This document shows, one piece after another, positions 13,817 to 27,003 of a stretch of DNA of 64,000 bases. The notes below the pieces were generated by a model that was not told where the DNA came from, did no database searches, and saw nothing but the letters and a program-made list of their open reading frames with translations. This DNA comes from Phoronis australis (lineage: Eukaryota > Animalia > Phoronida). The DNA lies in contig NMRA01000213.1 in NCBI GenBank assembly GCA_002633005.1, positions 266,376 to 330,375 on the forward strand, given 5' to 3'. Numbering within the stretch: the first letter of the stretch is position 1; every line of letters starts with the position of its first letter. Both the position numbers and the translations under genes were made by a program.

Positions 13817-14782
13817 TTACATGTTACATAGAACAATACAGTTTACATCATTTACAAAGAATAACATTAAATCGGTATTCAACAAGTACCGTATTTCCTT
13901 CACAATGTAATTTAATAAAGTTAATGAACATTTAGAAATTGAGATTCTTTTTAACAAACTTTTGGCTAAATATGTAATTTTTGCTAGCATGATCAATAGA
14001 TTAATGTTACAATTTTCCGGATGAACGTTTCCCCCCAAAAAACAAGACACTGCTATCTTGTCCACATGAAAATTTACATGATATGTTTGTTTTAACCACT
14101 CAGCAAACAGGAGCCGGAAACCGGAGACAAGAGGACATTCCGAAAACAGACGAAGAAAAGTTTCACTGTGTTCACCACAGAAAGAGCATAAATCACTTGT
14201 CTTTATTTTAATTTTATGTAAATACTTATTGGTTGGCAATATTCTGTGAATTAGACGGTCTTGAAACCAACGCAATTTTGTATCTTTTGTACAATTGAAG
14301 GGCAGCTTATTAACTTTTCTCCACCACATATCAGGGTCACTAAAATTTACATTATTAATAAAAGCGTTTATATCTATCTCGGATGACCACTTGTTTTTAT
14401 GTTTACAAGCTGTCTGAAGTGACTGAAACAAGGGGTCATAAATATTTACTGCTTGTGACTTATTATGCAAAATTATATAAATATAGCTTGGAAAAATTGG
14501 TAAAAAGATATTGTCGTTTCTATTCTTAAGACCACTGTACGCTGCAAAGGTTGCACTTCTTAATCCATAGAATTCTAGTACTGGAGGTTGAAAGTTATAA
14601 CTGTTACAGAGTCCTTCGTATGACATAAAAGAACCTTTGGCATTAAACAAATCACACACACAATTTACTCCCCTTTCAAAACAGGTCTTGTAGATAATAG
14701 ACTTTAATTTTGAATTATACCACAGGGGAGAGTAAATGATATTTTCATTTTTGTCATACAAACTCCGGTCACAGTTAATCAC
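13817..14782 (-). pseudogene. 3' fragment of L1/Tx1-like ORF2 (zf-RVT region)
   Basis: PLWYN, KLRWFQDRLIHRILPTNKYLHKIKIK, CSFCGEHSETFLRLFSECP (decayed CCHC). No RT core; 5' truncated. Confidence 0.88.
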
Positions 14783-15189
14783 GTGATTCTGAGCATTCGG
14801 ACAGACTTGGTTAGGTCGCTAAAACTGAACGATTATTCCTAAATTCCTGCATTGCGCAATACCCAAATTAATCATATGTTGAAATTATAATTAAACTAAT
14901 CCAGTAACTGTGGAAATTCTTGCTGTCACAGTAAAGAATTTCCTGAAAGTCTTATGATGCCCATTGTGCACTTCTCGATCACCGCTGGGCGTTACTGACG
15001 ATTTCTCGCATTGCGATTTTGATGTGTATTTTAATTTTTGAACGTCGATTTCTCGGCGATGCGTGAACGAATTGCCATGAAATTTCGAATACTTGCTATT
15101 TGATAACTTTCAAAAGGAACCGTGTCTCAGAATCTTAATTCAGGTACTAGTTTTTCATTGCTGAAAATATTCTTACATTTCCCAAACAA

Positions 15190-16350
15190 TTCAACTTTAT
15201 TGATCATCGTCAATTTGGACATTTGCAGGAAACATCACAATGTAACAACTTGTTGAAATAGTACATAAGATTGGTTTACATTTTGAGAAGATCGAGAGTG
15301 TCAGGTCAATCTTTCTAGACACAGCGTCCGCTTTCAATTGTGTCCCTCATCACCGTCTACTCCATAATCTCATATCCTATGAGATTATTGGGACTCTTCA
15401 AAATATAATGCCACTAATCACACCATTTCTTTCTTATCGTACATACAGTGTTCGTGTCGACAGTGCTCTTTCAACATCATCTGGCTTTGTTAACACAGGT
15501 GTACCGCAGGGTAGCGTATTAGGCCCTCTTCTTTTCTCGGTCTACATGTATATTGATAACCTTCCTGATTACGCGTCATGTAGCACGTGCCTTTATGCAG
15601 AAGCCACGACACTTTTTTACCCCTTGCAGAAGGCATTTCTTGAGAGTTTATTGTAGCTACAACACGACTTGAATAAACTCAGCGTTTGGTCACAACAGTT
15701 TAAACCAGAAAAAAAGTGTTGACCTCACCTTTTCCAATAATTCTATCCTCTACGTGGACCCATCCTATGACCTCAAACTTAATGATGAAATCATTCCTAG
15801 AAAAAAATCGCACAGACATCTCGGTAAACTGTTAGGTGAAAAACTTTCCTTCACACCTCACCTTCGGGAGCTGGTACAAAAAATTCAGAAACTGATTAAT
15901 CCGCTTAAGCTTGTCTCTCACCATCTGAGTTCTACACATTAAGAAGTCGTGTTCAAATCCTTCACACTTACGCACAACGATTATTGCGATATTATCAGTC
16001 TACCAACACTGGTGCATTCCAGCATTTGGATAAAATACAGTATCAAGCTGCCTTTGAGTTTACAGGGGATCCAATAATGTTAAGGTTTAGTATAGTCTCA
16101 AGTGGCCCAAACTGTCTGCTTGACGCAATCATCACATGAGCACCTTACTTTTAAAGTACTAAACAATGTAAACAATGCCTCAGTCAGTTAAAAAATATTT
16201 GATCTATATACTAGACTAGGCCATCGTACTGGTTTTGAAATCATTCGGCCCATATGCAATTCCTCCTTCGTTCAGTTAGGCATTCCGAAGGTCTGCAGGT
16301 GAGTTGTGCATCAATAACTGGAATTCTCTTACAGTCTCTGTTAAAGAAGG
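15190..16350 (+). pseudogene. CR1/L2-like reverse transcriptase relic
   Basis: HRQFG, VRSIFLDTASAFNCVPHHRLLHNLISY, GVPQGSVLGPLLFS, LYAEATT (decayed YADDT) and HRHLG, with stops and frameshifts. Confidence 0.88.
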
Positions 16351-17964
16351 CAACTAAGTCACTGGCATAAATACAATTTTAAAACTTTTTTCATAACTCT
16401 GACAAGGCAGTAGCTCTGACACAATTCTCGTTGCACCGCGAAAAAAGAAAAAGCAATGTACCGATCGAGATGCGGTCTTTTCCTCAAAACGGACAAGTCC
16501 AGGCCAAACTTTAATAACGTCTCTCCAAACTGTAAGCGCGGTGACCATCAATATTATCATTATTTTCTTCAAATGTGCCCTCATCGAATGCCAGAATAAC
16601 CCACTCTTTCGTGCACTCAATTAAAACCAATTAATTGTAAATGCTCTCAATTCTTGTTTATAATATTTCTACTAAACTTATATCATTACAAAATGGTAGT
16701 CTAATCTTCGACCTTTTTTCCAATGATTTCCTCTTAAGTAGTGTTAGTAAATTCTTATGCATCGTTTATATATTTTGTTGCTTCTCATTTCCATATCTGT
16801 ACAATCTCTGTTTTTGTTTTTCTTAAATATATTTGTAATATCATATCTAAATATTTGAATACCGTTATTAGATACTACTTATAGCTCTGTGTATACAACT
16901 TTCATCTATGTACTGTCTACAACCCAGATACAACGGCTCGCGATTTCTGGGTTTGTCATTATTTTCCTTGTATTTTCTGTGTATTCTTGAATAAATATAT
17001 ATCACATTTAATCGTCGAACGTGATCTCAAACAATGACGAACTACTAGATTGCAGTTTTGCCAAAATTAGTTATCATCTGATTAGGGACGGAACTCGGGA
17101 TTGTTGCCGTTTTCAGCTGAATTAAAATGGTTCAACCTAATACCCCACAATGAGAGTTTCTCCCCAACGGCTCATTCTCAAAACCATAAAATTGTGCATT
17201 TCATTTCTACGCTAGCAAGTCAGTGAATAAATGACCGGAAAGGTTCTTTGGGAAAAACAGAATGAGCGGGATTTAAAACTGAAGGTTTATGAAGTCACAA
17301 CTGCTGTTCAGTTACATGTATATGGTCTTAACAACGTTTAATTATCCAGTACCTAAAGGGTTGGCAATTCATTACTAAGCGCCCATAACCGCAACGAGTC
17401 CACACTTTGGAGTGGCGAGCTTGATAAAGTAACTAATGGCATCTTTTGTTTTCCTCTCAGATCAGTAGTAATTCTGCAATAAGGCCATTTGCGGGTTGTA
17501 TGAATATCACGCGTGTAAACACGAGAGGTGATACAAGTGCCCGGATACGGGCGTGGGGGCAGGGTAGGGAGAATTGATAGTTCATTTCGTGTCCCACTAT
17601 ATGTGGCTCGTGTAAGCTTCTCTATTTATTTCATTTCTGAAGTTTCTTTGGGAAAATAGAGAAAAAATATTGATTTGCCACTTGAACCTCCCTAGCAGTG
17701 TCTTTCTACCTTTTGCGTATAGTGTGAAACTTCTGTGCTCTCAATCGGCATAAACTTCCAACCATGAATTCATGGATTTTTAGTTTTAAAACCAGTATAA
17801 AGCATTTTTTGTTGTAACTTTATAGCGATTTTAAGACTTTCTTCATATGTGCATTTGCTATACCAAAGCAACGCCATTGCGTCGTATAATTTATTTGATT
17901 TGAAATTGATTTCTGCACCATCTGCTTAATATAAAATTGTTCAATCACATCAAAGAGTGTAGTA

Positions 17965-20005
17965 CAATCGGGCAAATCACAATCAAGGTCCATATTCGGT
18001 GGCCACTTTTGGGGAAAAATGAAGGGTTGTCATCTAACTGTAAAAGCTGGGTTTTTTTAAAGTGTCATCATTCCAGGTTGATAATCTAAAACATTTTTCC
18101 ACAAGAACCACCGAATAAAATTTTATGGCCTAATGCATCATAGTTGTATAAAAGGGTATAGACACTACAACTTGTGGTCACAGCCCACTTATATCATGCA
18201 AAAATTCATATATGGTATCTGTCAATTTAGTAAGTTCTTGATCAAATTGAAGAAGTATCACATACTTAAGTATGAAAAGTTATTACAATGCTAATCAAGT
18301 TGTTCTAGATGATGATACATTGCATATCTTAACACACTAATGAGAACTTTAATCTTCTCTTGCAACATGATTCATACAAAAAGAAAGTGACAGGCATCTA
18401 CTTTTTCAAAACTTTATTGGTGCTATTTGGCTAGTTTTCAACACATTCACCAGTTGGTCAAAATAGTTAAAGCAATGTTAGGCCCAGTGTTCAACTTGTA
18501 AACAGTAAATAATGGTACTGTTTGGGGGGTACGTACACTACGCACAGTCAATCAACGTCAAATTTTGACTAAGTTACAAATGTATGCGATGATCTTGAGT
18601 TTTGTGCTGTCTCTACTAGTTGTGTTGTTGCAAGTTGTCTTGAGAGATAGAGAACTTGCCTCTGCAACATCAGTTGCCACGTGACATGTCTTCTAGGATG
18701 TTACTAGTCAAGACCTGTGTGGCACTTTATTTCCCACAAATTTAATAATTTCCATTGTTTTTTGTTTTGTCAGACTGGATGCATTTTGGAAACTTCAGTA
18801 TTGTTCAAAAACGGCAGTATGTAAAAATACTTGTGGGCAATACTTTATAGCACAGAGGTTGGAGGTACGTACACTACACAGGGGTACGTACACTACATTT
18901 CAATGACATGCCAGGTTTGTAACTAAATACTAAGAATCTACTGAGAGTTAGTTTATTTACTAAATCAATTCAAAGAGAAAAAATAAAAAACACAGCATTC
19001 ATGTGCATATTTGCCATACTTTGAAAACAGGCACAAATTAAAATATGGTGTTACGTACAATACACAAAAGCTAATATTTCACTCAAAACAAATGTATTTG
19101 CAATAAACAAACTTTTAAACTAACATTTTTTATGAAAGCAAACTGTCTACAACCAACGTTGCTCACTTACCAAGTGATATTTTAATTTCATGGCATTTGT
19201 AAACATGGGGGTACGTTCACTACAAAAGGGGGTACGTACACTACATAACTGTTTCTGCATAACATGGTAACATAGTGTTGTATGACTATTTATTTTTCTT
19301 TGGTGATAATAAGCACCATAATGCTATTAAAAAGGCAATAATTTCATTTGCAATGACCATTTGTGTTATTGAAATTCACATAGGGGGTAGGTATTCTACA
19401 TTTTGTTAGTTTTTTGGCCCATTTTCACCATAAAAGAACCCAGTCAATATCCAAACTTTTGGTTTGTTCAGATATTGAATAATTTGCTGTGTTGCCTAGG
19501 CTAACATATTCTGCAGTTCTTTTTATTACAGAGTGTGAACTTTAGTTTTTAAACTTCTTTACATTAGGCGAGGGTTAGAAATACAGAATTCACAAATTTC
19601 GTAACGAGTGCCTGTTTTATGATGAGTCTACCATTTCTCAATGATTGAGCTCAACTTCGTCTAAGTGCGTCTAAGTGATTCTGAAAGTGACTCAAGTTTT
19701 TCTCAGTCATATCAAAGCAATTGCTTACTTAATAAAATCAATTTCTTTTCTACTGTTGACAGTTGAAAATTGTAATTTTTAAAATGGCCACTCTGAACGC
19801 TAAAATGCATGAAATTCATAGACAAAATCATGCATAAATTTCTCAAATTTCCGATTCTGATGATTCTTTTTTAATTTGCACAACTAAATAACTCTTTGCA
19901 TAATGAGATTCAGTTGGCATTTGGTAAGTGACCAAACAAATATATTTTAGACCCTAACACAGACAACTCTCGAATATGGACCATGATTGTGATTTAGTCG
20001 AATAG
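17965..20005. mobile_element. non-autonomous TIR element with TA flanks and internal GGGGTACGTACACTACA motifs
   Basis: Left end CAATCGGGCAAATCACAATCAAGGTCCATATTCG matches reverse-complemented right end CTATTCGACTAAATCACAATCATGGTCCATATTCG. TA on both sides; no ORF. Confidence 0.75.
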
Positions 20006-21035
20006 TAAACTCCTTGATCACACACAGGTAATTCAGATGTTGTTTTGTACCGGTGGTGATTCATGATTTAAGAATGTAGGCCAGATAAATATTCTCAGTT
20101 ACACCTGTCAGAAAAGGTTACAATTTGCATGATCAATCAATAGCTGTGTAGACAACAAAAACCACCGGTAGCCCGCCTGCTTTCGACTACTACCTAGCTA
20201 ACTAATTATTGCCATGAGCAAGCCCTTTGTGGAGTTATTTGCGGAAATTCCCGGTGAATCAAAGTGTGCCCACAAAAAGGCATTACAACTAAAACACAAT
20301 GAATCCTGAAGCGGGATTGAGCAGGCAAGTACGATAGCGAAGTGCCTAGAATACCGAGAATTTCTGCTGTCAACTTTCTGACCTTGTTCTTGTCATACAT
20401 ATATTTTTAGTTTGAGTACTCAAAAATACCGGGTCTTGTTTTCATTATTCTAGAAGTTTGAAAGTGATAACAGCTCATTGCCGTGGAAACATGAATGTAC
20501 GCTTATGTATGCGCAATTTTTAAACACCATATGCTTCCTTGACCTTTCTGAAGAAACAGTCCACTGATGATTGGAACGCCCTTGTGCTTTCTCAGGCTCC
20601 TCAGCTCCACTCACTTCGACTAAAAGTGAGGACACCACCAGTTGCACCTACTTCAATTTAACACACGCAATTCAACCGGTTTATAATACCTGCTGGTCCA
20701 TGGTTAGCGAAGACGGATAGCTGCGAGCTGCGCTATCTCCCTCGAGTGGAACCATAAATGTAGGCGAATGATTAGTTCATTCAATTACATATTTTTAAAC
20801 CTTGGCGTGAGTTATCAGCTCAGCTAAGGTGAACTTGAGACAAACAACTCCACTCGTAACCATCAGTGATACAAGCTGCTACTCAGGGCCTCGCAACGAC
20901 CAAATTGACCCAAAATTAAAAGCATTTTAAACTAAAATTCAGGGATTTTTTTTCTGAAATCAACCACAGCCGCTATTGCCGCTCTCCTGCCTTACGTACA
21001 TGTAAATCTCACCCGGCGTACGGCAGATAATTTAA

Positions 21036-21371
21036 AGGACTCTGAACCCTGTTTTCATGACTTCAACCAATTCTCGTCCTGTCGGCCAGTGCTAATCTTC
21101 CAAGTTAAAGACCGGCATCAACTACATGTAAAAATTCATACCCCCTATCTCGCAAATATGATACAATCCTGGGTGAGTGGTCTTTTCCCACAGTTGCCGT
21201 GCAATTCGTTGAAAGCGTAGGTCACGCCTGCTCATCCAGCAGACTTTGAATAGAGATTTCAAATTTTCCTCCAAACTTTGGAGAGTTGTCAAGGGTTACG
21301 GAGTATTATTTTGTTTCATAGAAATGCGTTTTTAGCATCTGATAAGCGGCCAAAACTGGGGTTGGTGTCCT
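21036..21371. mobile_element. probable Kolobok-type MITE
   Basis: TTAA|AGGACTCTGAACCC ... GGGGTTGGTGTCCT|TTTAA; short imperfect TIR. Confidence 0.5.
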
Positions 21372-21789
21372 TTTAATCGATGAAGTCAGTGGAATTCATT
21401 GCATCGAATGTCTGGTACACAACTGCGGGAATTGGAGGTCTGTTACAAAATCATGAAACACAAGGGAGTTTACTATTTTATAGTCATGGTCAAAGCTAAT
21501 AACCACATAATGTCTATCCCACTCAACAATATAGAACTTTTGATTGTTTACATTTACCTTTATTTTTAGTTTTTACACTTTCGACCATGTCTTCCTCAAA
21601 AGTGGGTGTTCTGTTATCGGATTACGACGGTTACAGGCCACCGCACGAGTACGATTTCAGCGAGTCAATTTTACCGTCAAAAACAAACTGAAAATCTACC
21701 AGACTCAGTTATGGAGAAACATTTTGGCTGAATGTACCTATGGATAATAGGGCGGTCCCGGATTACTCAGCGACACTTGAATCTCGCTG

Positions 21790-21996
21790 CATTTACCCAC
21801 AATGCCGTAAACATCCGTCAGACACATTTGGTGCTTCGTTTTTATGCCACTGAAGTTTCACGTATTATTTGTTGCTGTCTGATTCGTTACCATTTACCCA
21901 CAATGCCGTAAACATCCGTCAGACACATTTGGTGCTTCGTTTTTATGCCACTGAAGTTTCACGTATTATTTGTTGCTGTCTGATTCGTTACCATTT
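21790..21996. repeat. 101-bp tandem duplication
   Basis: The unit CATTTACCCACAATGCC...GATTCGTTAC occurs twice, apparently identical, bounded by CATTT microhomology. Confidence 0.92.
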
Positions 21997-22551
21997 CTGT
22001 CGGAAAAATAATTTGCTCTGAACAACACAACTTGTATGAATAAATGAAAGCTACCAACACTTCAAAAACCAATTTCCTAGCAATCTTTGAATACCGTTCA
22101 TATCTTGGGGTAGAAAATTGACCTACGACGAGGAATTGTAATTTATCAAATTAATGAAGTTTTAATTTGTCCCGCTGTAAGGTCACATGATATAGGCTTG
22201 TACAACAAGGTATACCAACATTGGAAATGACTGTTGACCATGTAATATTGTGTAAGTTGTTACAATGTAATGATGAAAGGTGAAAATTGAAAATTCTGAT
22301 CGCCACTTGTATTTTCCATTGCTGTCAAACCTCTGCGGCAAACCGAGCACTAATTCATGTTACCCAACCCGGTGTGCGTTTAAAGGGCATTGGTGCCACC
22401 AGCAGTGGAGCCCCGAATGATATCGAGGGTCACACCCATAGTCAGTGACCTACTGTTTCTGTCACTTTTAGCCGTTGACAAGGGCATCACAGTTTTCCCC
22501 ACCCCCTCTTAGGTACGTCAATGTATCCCTTGATATCTACAAGTAGCAAAG

Positions 22552-22799
22552 GAATTTGTTGAATACACGACACTTTTCATTTTTCACGGTCTTTATTCCG
22601 TTGCGTTCATACTTTCTGAACAAAACTCTACTCTCTACTGAACATAGATACAGTAACTGACCTAGCGACATAATTAAAAAGGTCGCTAGGTCAGTTACTG
22701 TATCTATGTTCAGTAGAGAGTAGAGTTTTGTTCAGAAAGTATGAACGCAACGGAATAAAGACCGTGAAAAATGAAAAGTGTCGTGTATTCAACAAATTC
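22552..22799. repeat. perfect inverted repeat, 118-bp arms, 12-bp spacer
   Basis: 22552-22669 is the reverse complement of 22682-22799. Confidence 0.95.
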
Positions 22800-23078
22800 T
22801 GTATAACAGAAAACTTGCTCCCGAAGTACAGTAAGTAGCAAAGGGGAAAACTAAAACTCGATGTACTTAACAATGCATTTTTATCATTTGTAGTGAGACT
22901 CGAACTTGGGTGTTGATGTAAGTACCCCGGCCAAGATGGCCTACCTGGGAAACAGGAGTTTTACTCCGTCGTTCTGAATGTTCGTCAGCCTGCTATTTTA
23001 ACATGAATTCAGAAACCGTTGTAAATTGTTAATTAAATGAGTTTTTGGCCACAGTGAGATTAAAAACCGGACGATCAC

Positions 23079-23830
23079 ATGAACAATATACAACCGTCCA
23101 TCAACTTCACTAGTGAATCTGAGAACGAGTCGTATTTACCTTTTCTAGATGTCTTGGTTAAACGTGAGAATAGCACCGTTGTTACACCTGTGTATCGTAA
23201 GCCCAGTTTTTCTGGATTTATCTTAAATTTTATAGAGGTCTAGTCATTGCTTGTTACACCGTCGGTGCCTGAAGAATTGGTTTTACCAATTTAAGTTTTG
23301 ATAGTGACGTACATGTAGCTAGGATTTTCCAGTTATTGCGTGGCAATGTTTACCCTCTGAAATTTTTGAATAGCTATTAAAGGCACTTCCTTTGAAAAAT
23401 GAATGAGGTAGATAAGGTAGCTGCTATTGGACCCGAGAAAAAGAAAGTTTTCTTTTCTCTTGATTACACCTGGCAAAGCAGTATAAAATTGAAACGTCAA
23501 TTATCTCGCCTTATTCATTGCATAGACCCAGCGGTTGAACCAATACTTGTTTTCAAACTTCTTCGGAAACTTTCCACTATGCTGTGTAAACTGAAGTCAT
23601 CCATCCCTTTATTGAACAATAGCAATGTTGTTTATAAGGTTGAATGTGACAACTGTAAGGAATTCTATATCGGACTCACACAGAGACGCTTCTGTGACAG
23701 GCTGAAAATCATCACGCCTCAAAGAAAAGCAACATCTATTCACCTATTTCACGAAAGCGCCATCTTCCCGCGCCATCTTTAAATACTGATCGAAAACGCG
23801 GCACACTGATAAAACATCGTGAGCGGTCGT
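23079..23830 (+). pseudogene. Penelope-like element relic (RT C-terminus plus GIY-YIG endonuclease)
   Basis: MNNIQPSINFTSESENESYLPFLDVLVKRENSTVVTPVYRKP, followed by SNVVYKVECDNCKEFYIGLTQRRFCDRLK. Confidence 0.88.
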
Positions 23831-24290
23831 CTGCTGGCCTTGATGGTGTACTGTGCAGTGCCTGAACGTACCAATTCCAACTCGTCGGTATCCTTCCCAG
23901 GGATATACTTAGCCACTCGTACAGTCGCCAATGCGAGTAAAAATGGTGCTGGGCGAGTAGAAGTTGACTTGCCAGTCGCCCAGGTGGCGAGCGAATTTCA
24001 GAGCGCAAAAGCACTATATATCGTTTCCCAGATGAATATGACTAATTTTCCTCCTCCTTGTGCTGTTTTTATCATGAATTTAAAGTTCAGTTTGGTCATC
24101 GAGTCGATGCTCCGGCAGTAAAAAACATCGGCGCAGTGCGACCCTACCGTTTCAGTACATGTCACCCGTTACGCGATTCGTCAAAAAAATCACAGTGTGT
24201 GGTCGTGCACAAAGAATTTGTGGACTAGTCCGAAACGAAGAAATGGGAGAAAGGTGGAAGACCGGTCCATGTGCTCATAGCAAATGAAAT

Positions 24291-25414
24291 ACCATATTTC
24301 TTGGAACCGACTCCTTTTTGTAATGTACAATGTCATTTTGGCCAAAATTATTTTATAACATAAGCGCCCATGCCCCTATAAGCGTCCCCACTCGTTTCCA
24401 GACTTCGCTAAAATAAGCGCCCAGTCCATGAATGTGTACATATTTGTGCGAAAAATGTCTTACCTCACAGTTCTAAAATTCTCCAGTAATGTATTCAATT
24501 TATCAATAATATCCGACAGTTCTGAAAAATCATTGTGCGCGGAATTTCTAGTAGACCACGAGCCTCGCCCCTATGTCGGTATTTAGCCGTGGCTGTTTGG
24601 TACACTTCAAACCGTTCCGCAGTGCTTCATGAAAAGAACGCAAAAGATTGGCTGATCTTGCGAGGAAAGTGTTAATTACACTATAGGGTCTGGCCCTTCG
24701 AACAGACGCAGCGCACTGGTCAACGGGATTGGTATTGTATCTTTCCCGTACAGATTTTCTCCCACAACAGGAATCCAGATTGCTTTGTACACGTAAAATT
24801 ATAAAAACCGCGAATCGAAACTTGGCCAAGAAGCGCGCGCTAGGGCGTACAAGTGGGCCTGCTCAATGAGATGAATATAACTACATATAAAGCTCATTGG
24901 GGCTGCTACTCTGGCAAATGAACACTGATGACACGCACGCGCTCGCTCACTCGGTGCACACCTGTTGACTCAGCTTCAATACAAACGTCACGTGACAACA
25001 ACATATGTGTTCGTCCAGATTTTTCTCGTTGCCGGGTGCGATCTAGCGCAGATTTTGACTTAATCTGCGGTTAATCCCGACTCCGAGTCCACAGGAACTT
25101 AAGAATCTTAGGAAAGGCTATTTCGAAAACTTAAGGAGGATTTGAGGTAATTTGAGTCGAAACTATTTTTACTCAAGAATTCAAGTTGTCCTATCGGCGA
25201 TCGCGAAGCAGCGACGCATCAGTCGGCAAGTTTTCGCCCTGGGATTTCAGCACATTTTTTTTTTAAGATGAATAACAGAGTTTGATAGCAACGCACCACA
25301 GTTTTGTAGAAAGTCTGTCATAGGTTACACACACGTCACAGCGGAGACCGGGTTTTAACCGCCGTGGGCTACAAAAAGTGTCCCCCTGGGCGCAAATTAT
25401 TAGGGCAAATACGG
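24291..25414. mobile_element. pogo/Tigger-like non-autonomous element
   Basis: Right end ATTAGGGCAAATACGG|TA and repeated ATAAGCGCCC at the left. The right third recurs at 46296-46672. Left boundary is approximate. Confidence 0.65.
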
Positions 25415-25549
25415 TAGCCCTAATGGTGACATCAGTGCACGAGACGATGATTTTTATTCAAAGTATTAGCAAGTATGTGGTGACTGGCGACAACGGCCGA
25501 GTGACTGAACTTCGGGCGAGTAGATTTTCTGGCTCCGGCACTCGCCCAG

Positions 25550-25763
25550 CTGGCGAGCAGGATTTTTCAAGACTAAAAGCCTGGGTAAATCCCTGACTTC
25601 ACACTTTTCCAAAAAAGGGAAAACTACGGAGGAATGGCTGAGGAGGGTAAAAGTCTACATGTAGTTGCCGTGCGTATTTGGAGATCGATTCAACATCTGA
25701 CAACTTGATTTTTGGTAACGTTGATAAGTCTTTTGACCACACCACCTTGCAGGACGATGCCAT
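25550..25763. pseudogene. fused convergent heads of a THAP protein (+) and a putative second ORF (-), ISL2EU/Harbinger-like deletion derivative
   Basis: The + strand reads HTFPKKGKLR / WLRRVK (THAP FP...W, with a frameshift). The - strand reads MASSCKVVWSKDLSTLPKIKLSDV. The two meet at TACATGTA 25656-25663. Confidence 0.55.
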
Positions 25764-25964
25764 GTTTTTCAAAGCGCCTCGTTTTCGATCAACACGACAG
25801 CAGCGCCCCGCGTTCGTGAAATAAGTGAATAGGCACTGTGTTAGCAACAATCACCAATCTTGTTGTTGCTGAACATTCTCCTTTTGAGAATTAGATAACC
25901 CTGCTGTGGGACGAATATTCAAACCATTGAAGTGGCTGTTGAATACCAGATAAAGACGATAACG

Positions 25965-26730
25965 GGTAATTGTTTACAATAAGACGACATTGACCTACGC
26001 ACATGATTTTGTCATCGTTCGATTCCTCGTAACGTTATCTTTTTAAAAATATATTAATGTATCTCCTACCGCGTTTTCTTCGTATTTTATCATCGAATTT
26101 CGGCTCGCACTATTTCCCGGTTGACACCGCAATGTTAGCTCTACTCAAGATTACAGCGACACCAGTTCTTCATGAATGAAACAGCATCATCGATTCTGAA
26201 TGGTGTTTGCCCGTGCGAACCTGCTAACGTTTTCCTGACATAATATGGAGGAACAAGTAGCAGCATTTCACATTTTCCAATTATTTAAAATTGTTACCAT
26301 TTGACCATTCTTCCACGGAATTGTCTGAAGTGAAACCCTTTTCACCAATTTGGATCTCAAAAACAACTTCCGCTTTTTTCGCGGATTCTTGCTAGCAGAT
26401 GCGTACCAGGGTCGTCATAGGAACGAATTCAATCACTTGGGACCGTAACTCGGGCAGGGAATAGACGGGTCTCGGACACTTTGAACTTATGAAAAGGGAC
26501 CATCTGCAGAAGTCGGTAAAGTAGTCCAGTTTTTGACCGCCAGGGGACACCCTCCATTCAACATGACAGTATTACTACCGTGTACCGGGAAATAGTGCGA
26601 GAAGAAATTTCATGATAAAATACTAAGGGAATGGGGTTGGAAGAATTTCTGTGTATTTTTGGAAAGATAACCTTGCAAGGAATCAAACGATACCAAAATC
26701 ATATGTGTCGTCATATTGTAAACAATTACC
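25965..26730. mobile_element. MITE with ~160-bp imperfect TIRs
   Basis: GGTAATTGTTTACAATAAGACGACA...CTCGCACTATTTCCCGGT (25965-26128) is mirrored at 26580-26730. TSD not clear. Confidence 0.8.
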
Positions 26731-26852
26731 TTCAATAGTCAAAGTTTATCAGATGAACCTAATCTGACGTTCAGAATGTAGTGACTCATGTGCAACAGAA
26801 ATAACTTCTTGACTGATGTTCAACGAGGTAGGCCCTACATAAAATTTCCATT

Positions 26853-27003
26853 ATCTTACCAATCAGAGAAGACTGCATCAGTGCCAAAGCATGCAGTAGG
26901 ATACTCGCTGTACCAATGTTTCACAGGTCGAAGGAGTGTCACGTGTCGTCTCTGGTTCATAAACTCTGTATCTTGTTATGGCACGTGGCGTGACCATCGA
27001 CCA
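26853..27003. repeat. ~150-bp direct duplicate of 27316-27463
   Basis: Near-identical TCTTACCAATCAGAGAAGACTGC...GACCATCGACCA; the first copy stops at the N at 27004. Confidence 0.9.

Noticed and set aside
20450-20647. possible host exon on the minus strand
   Set aside because: Open frame with a weak acceptor, but no recognisable homology or partner exons.
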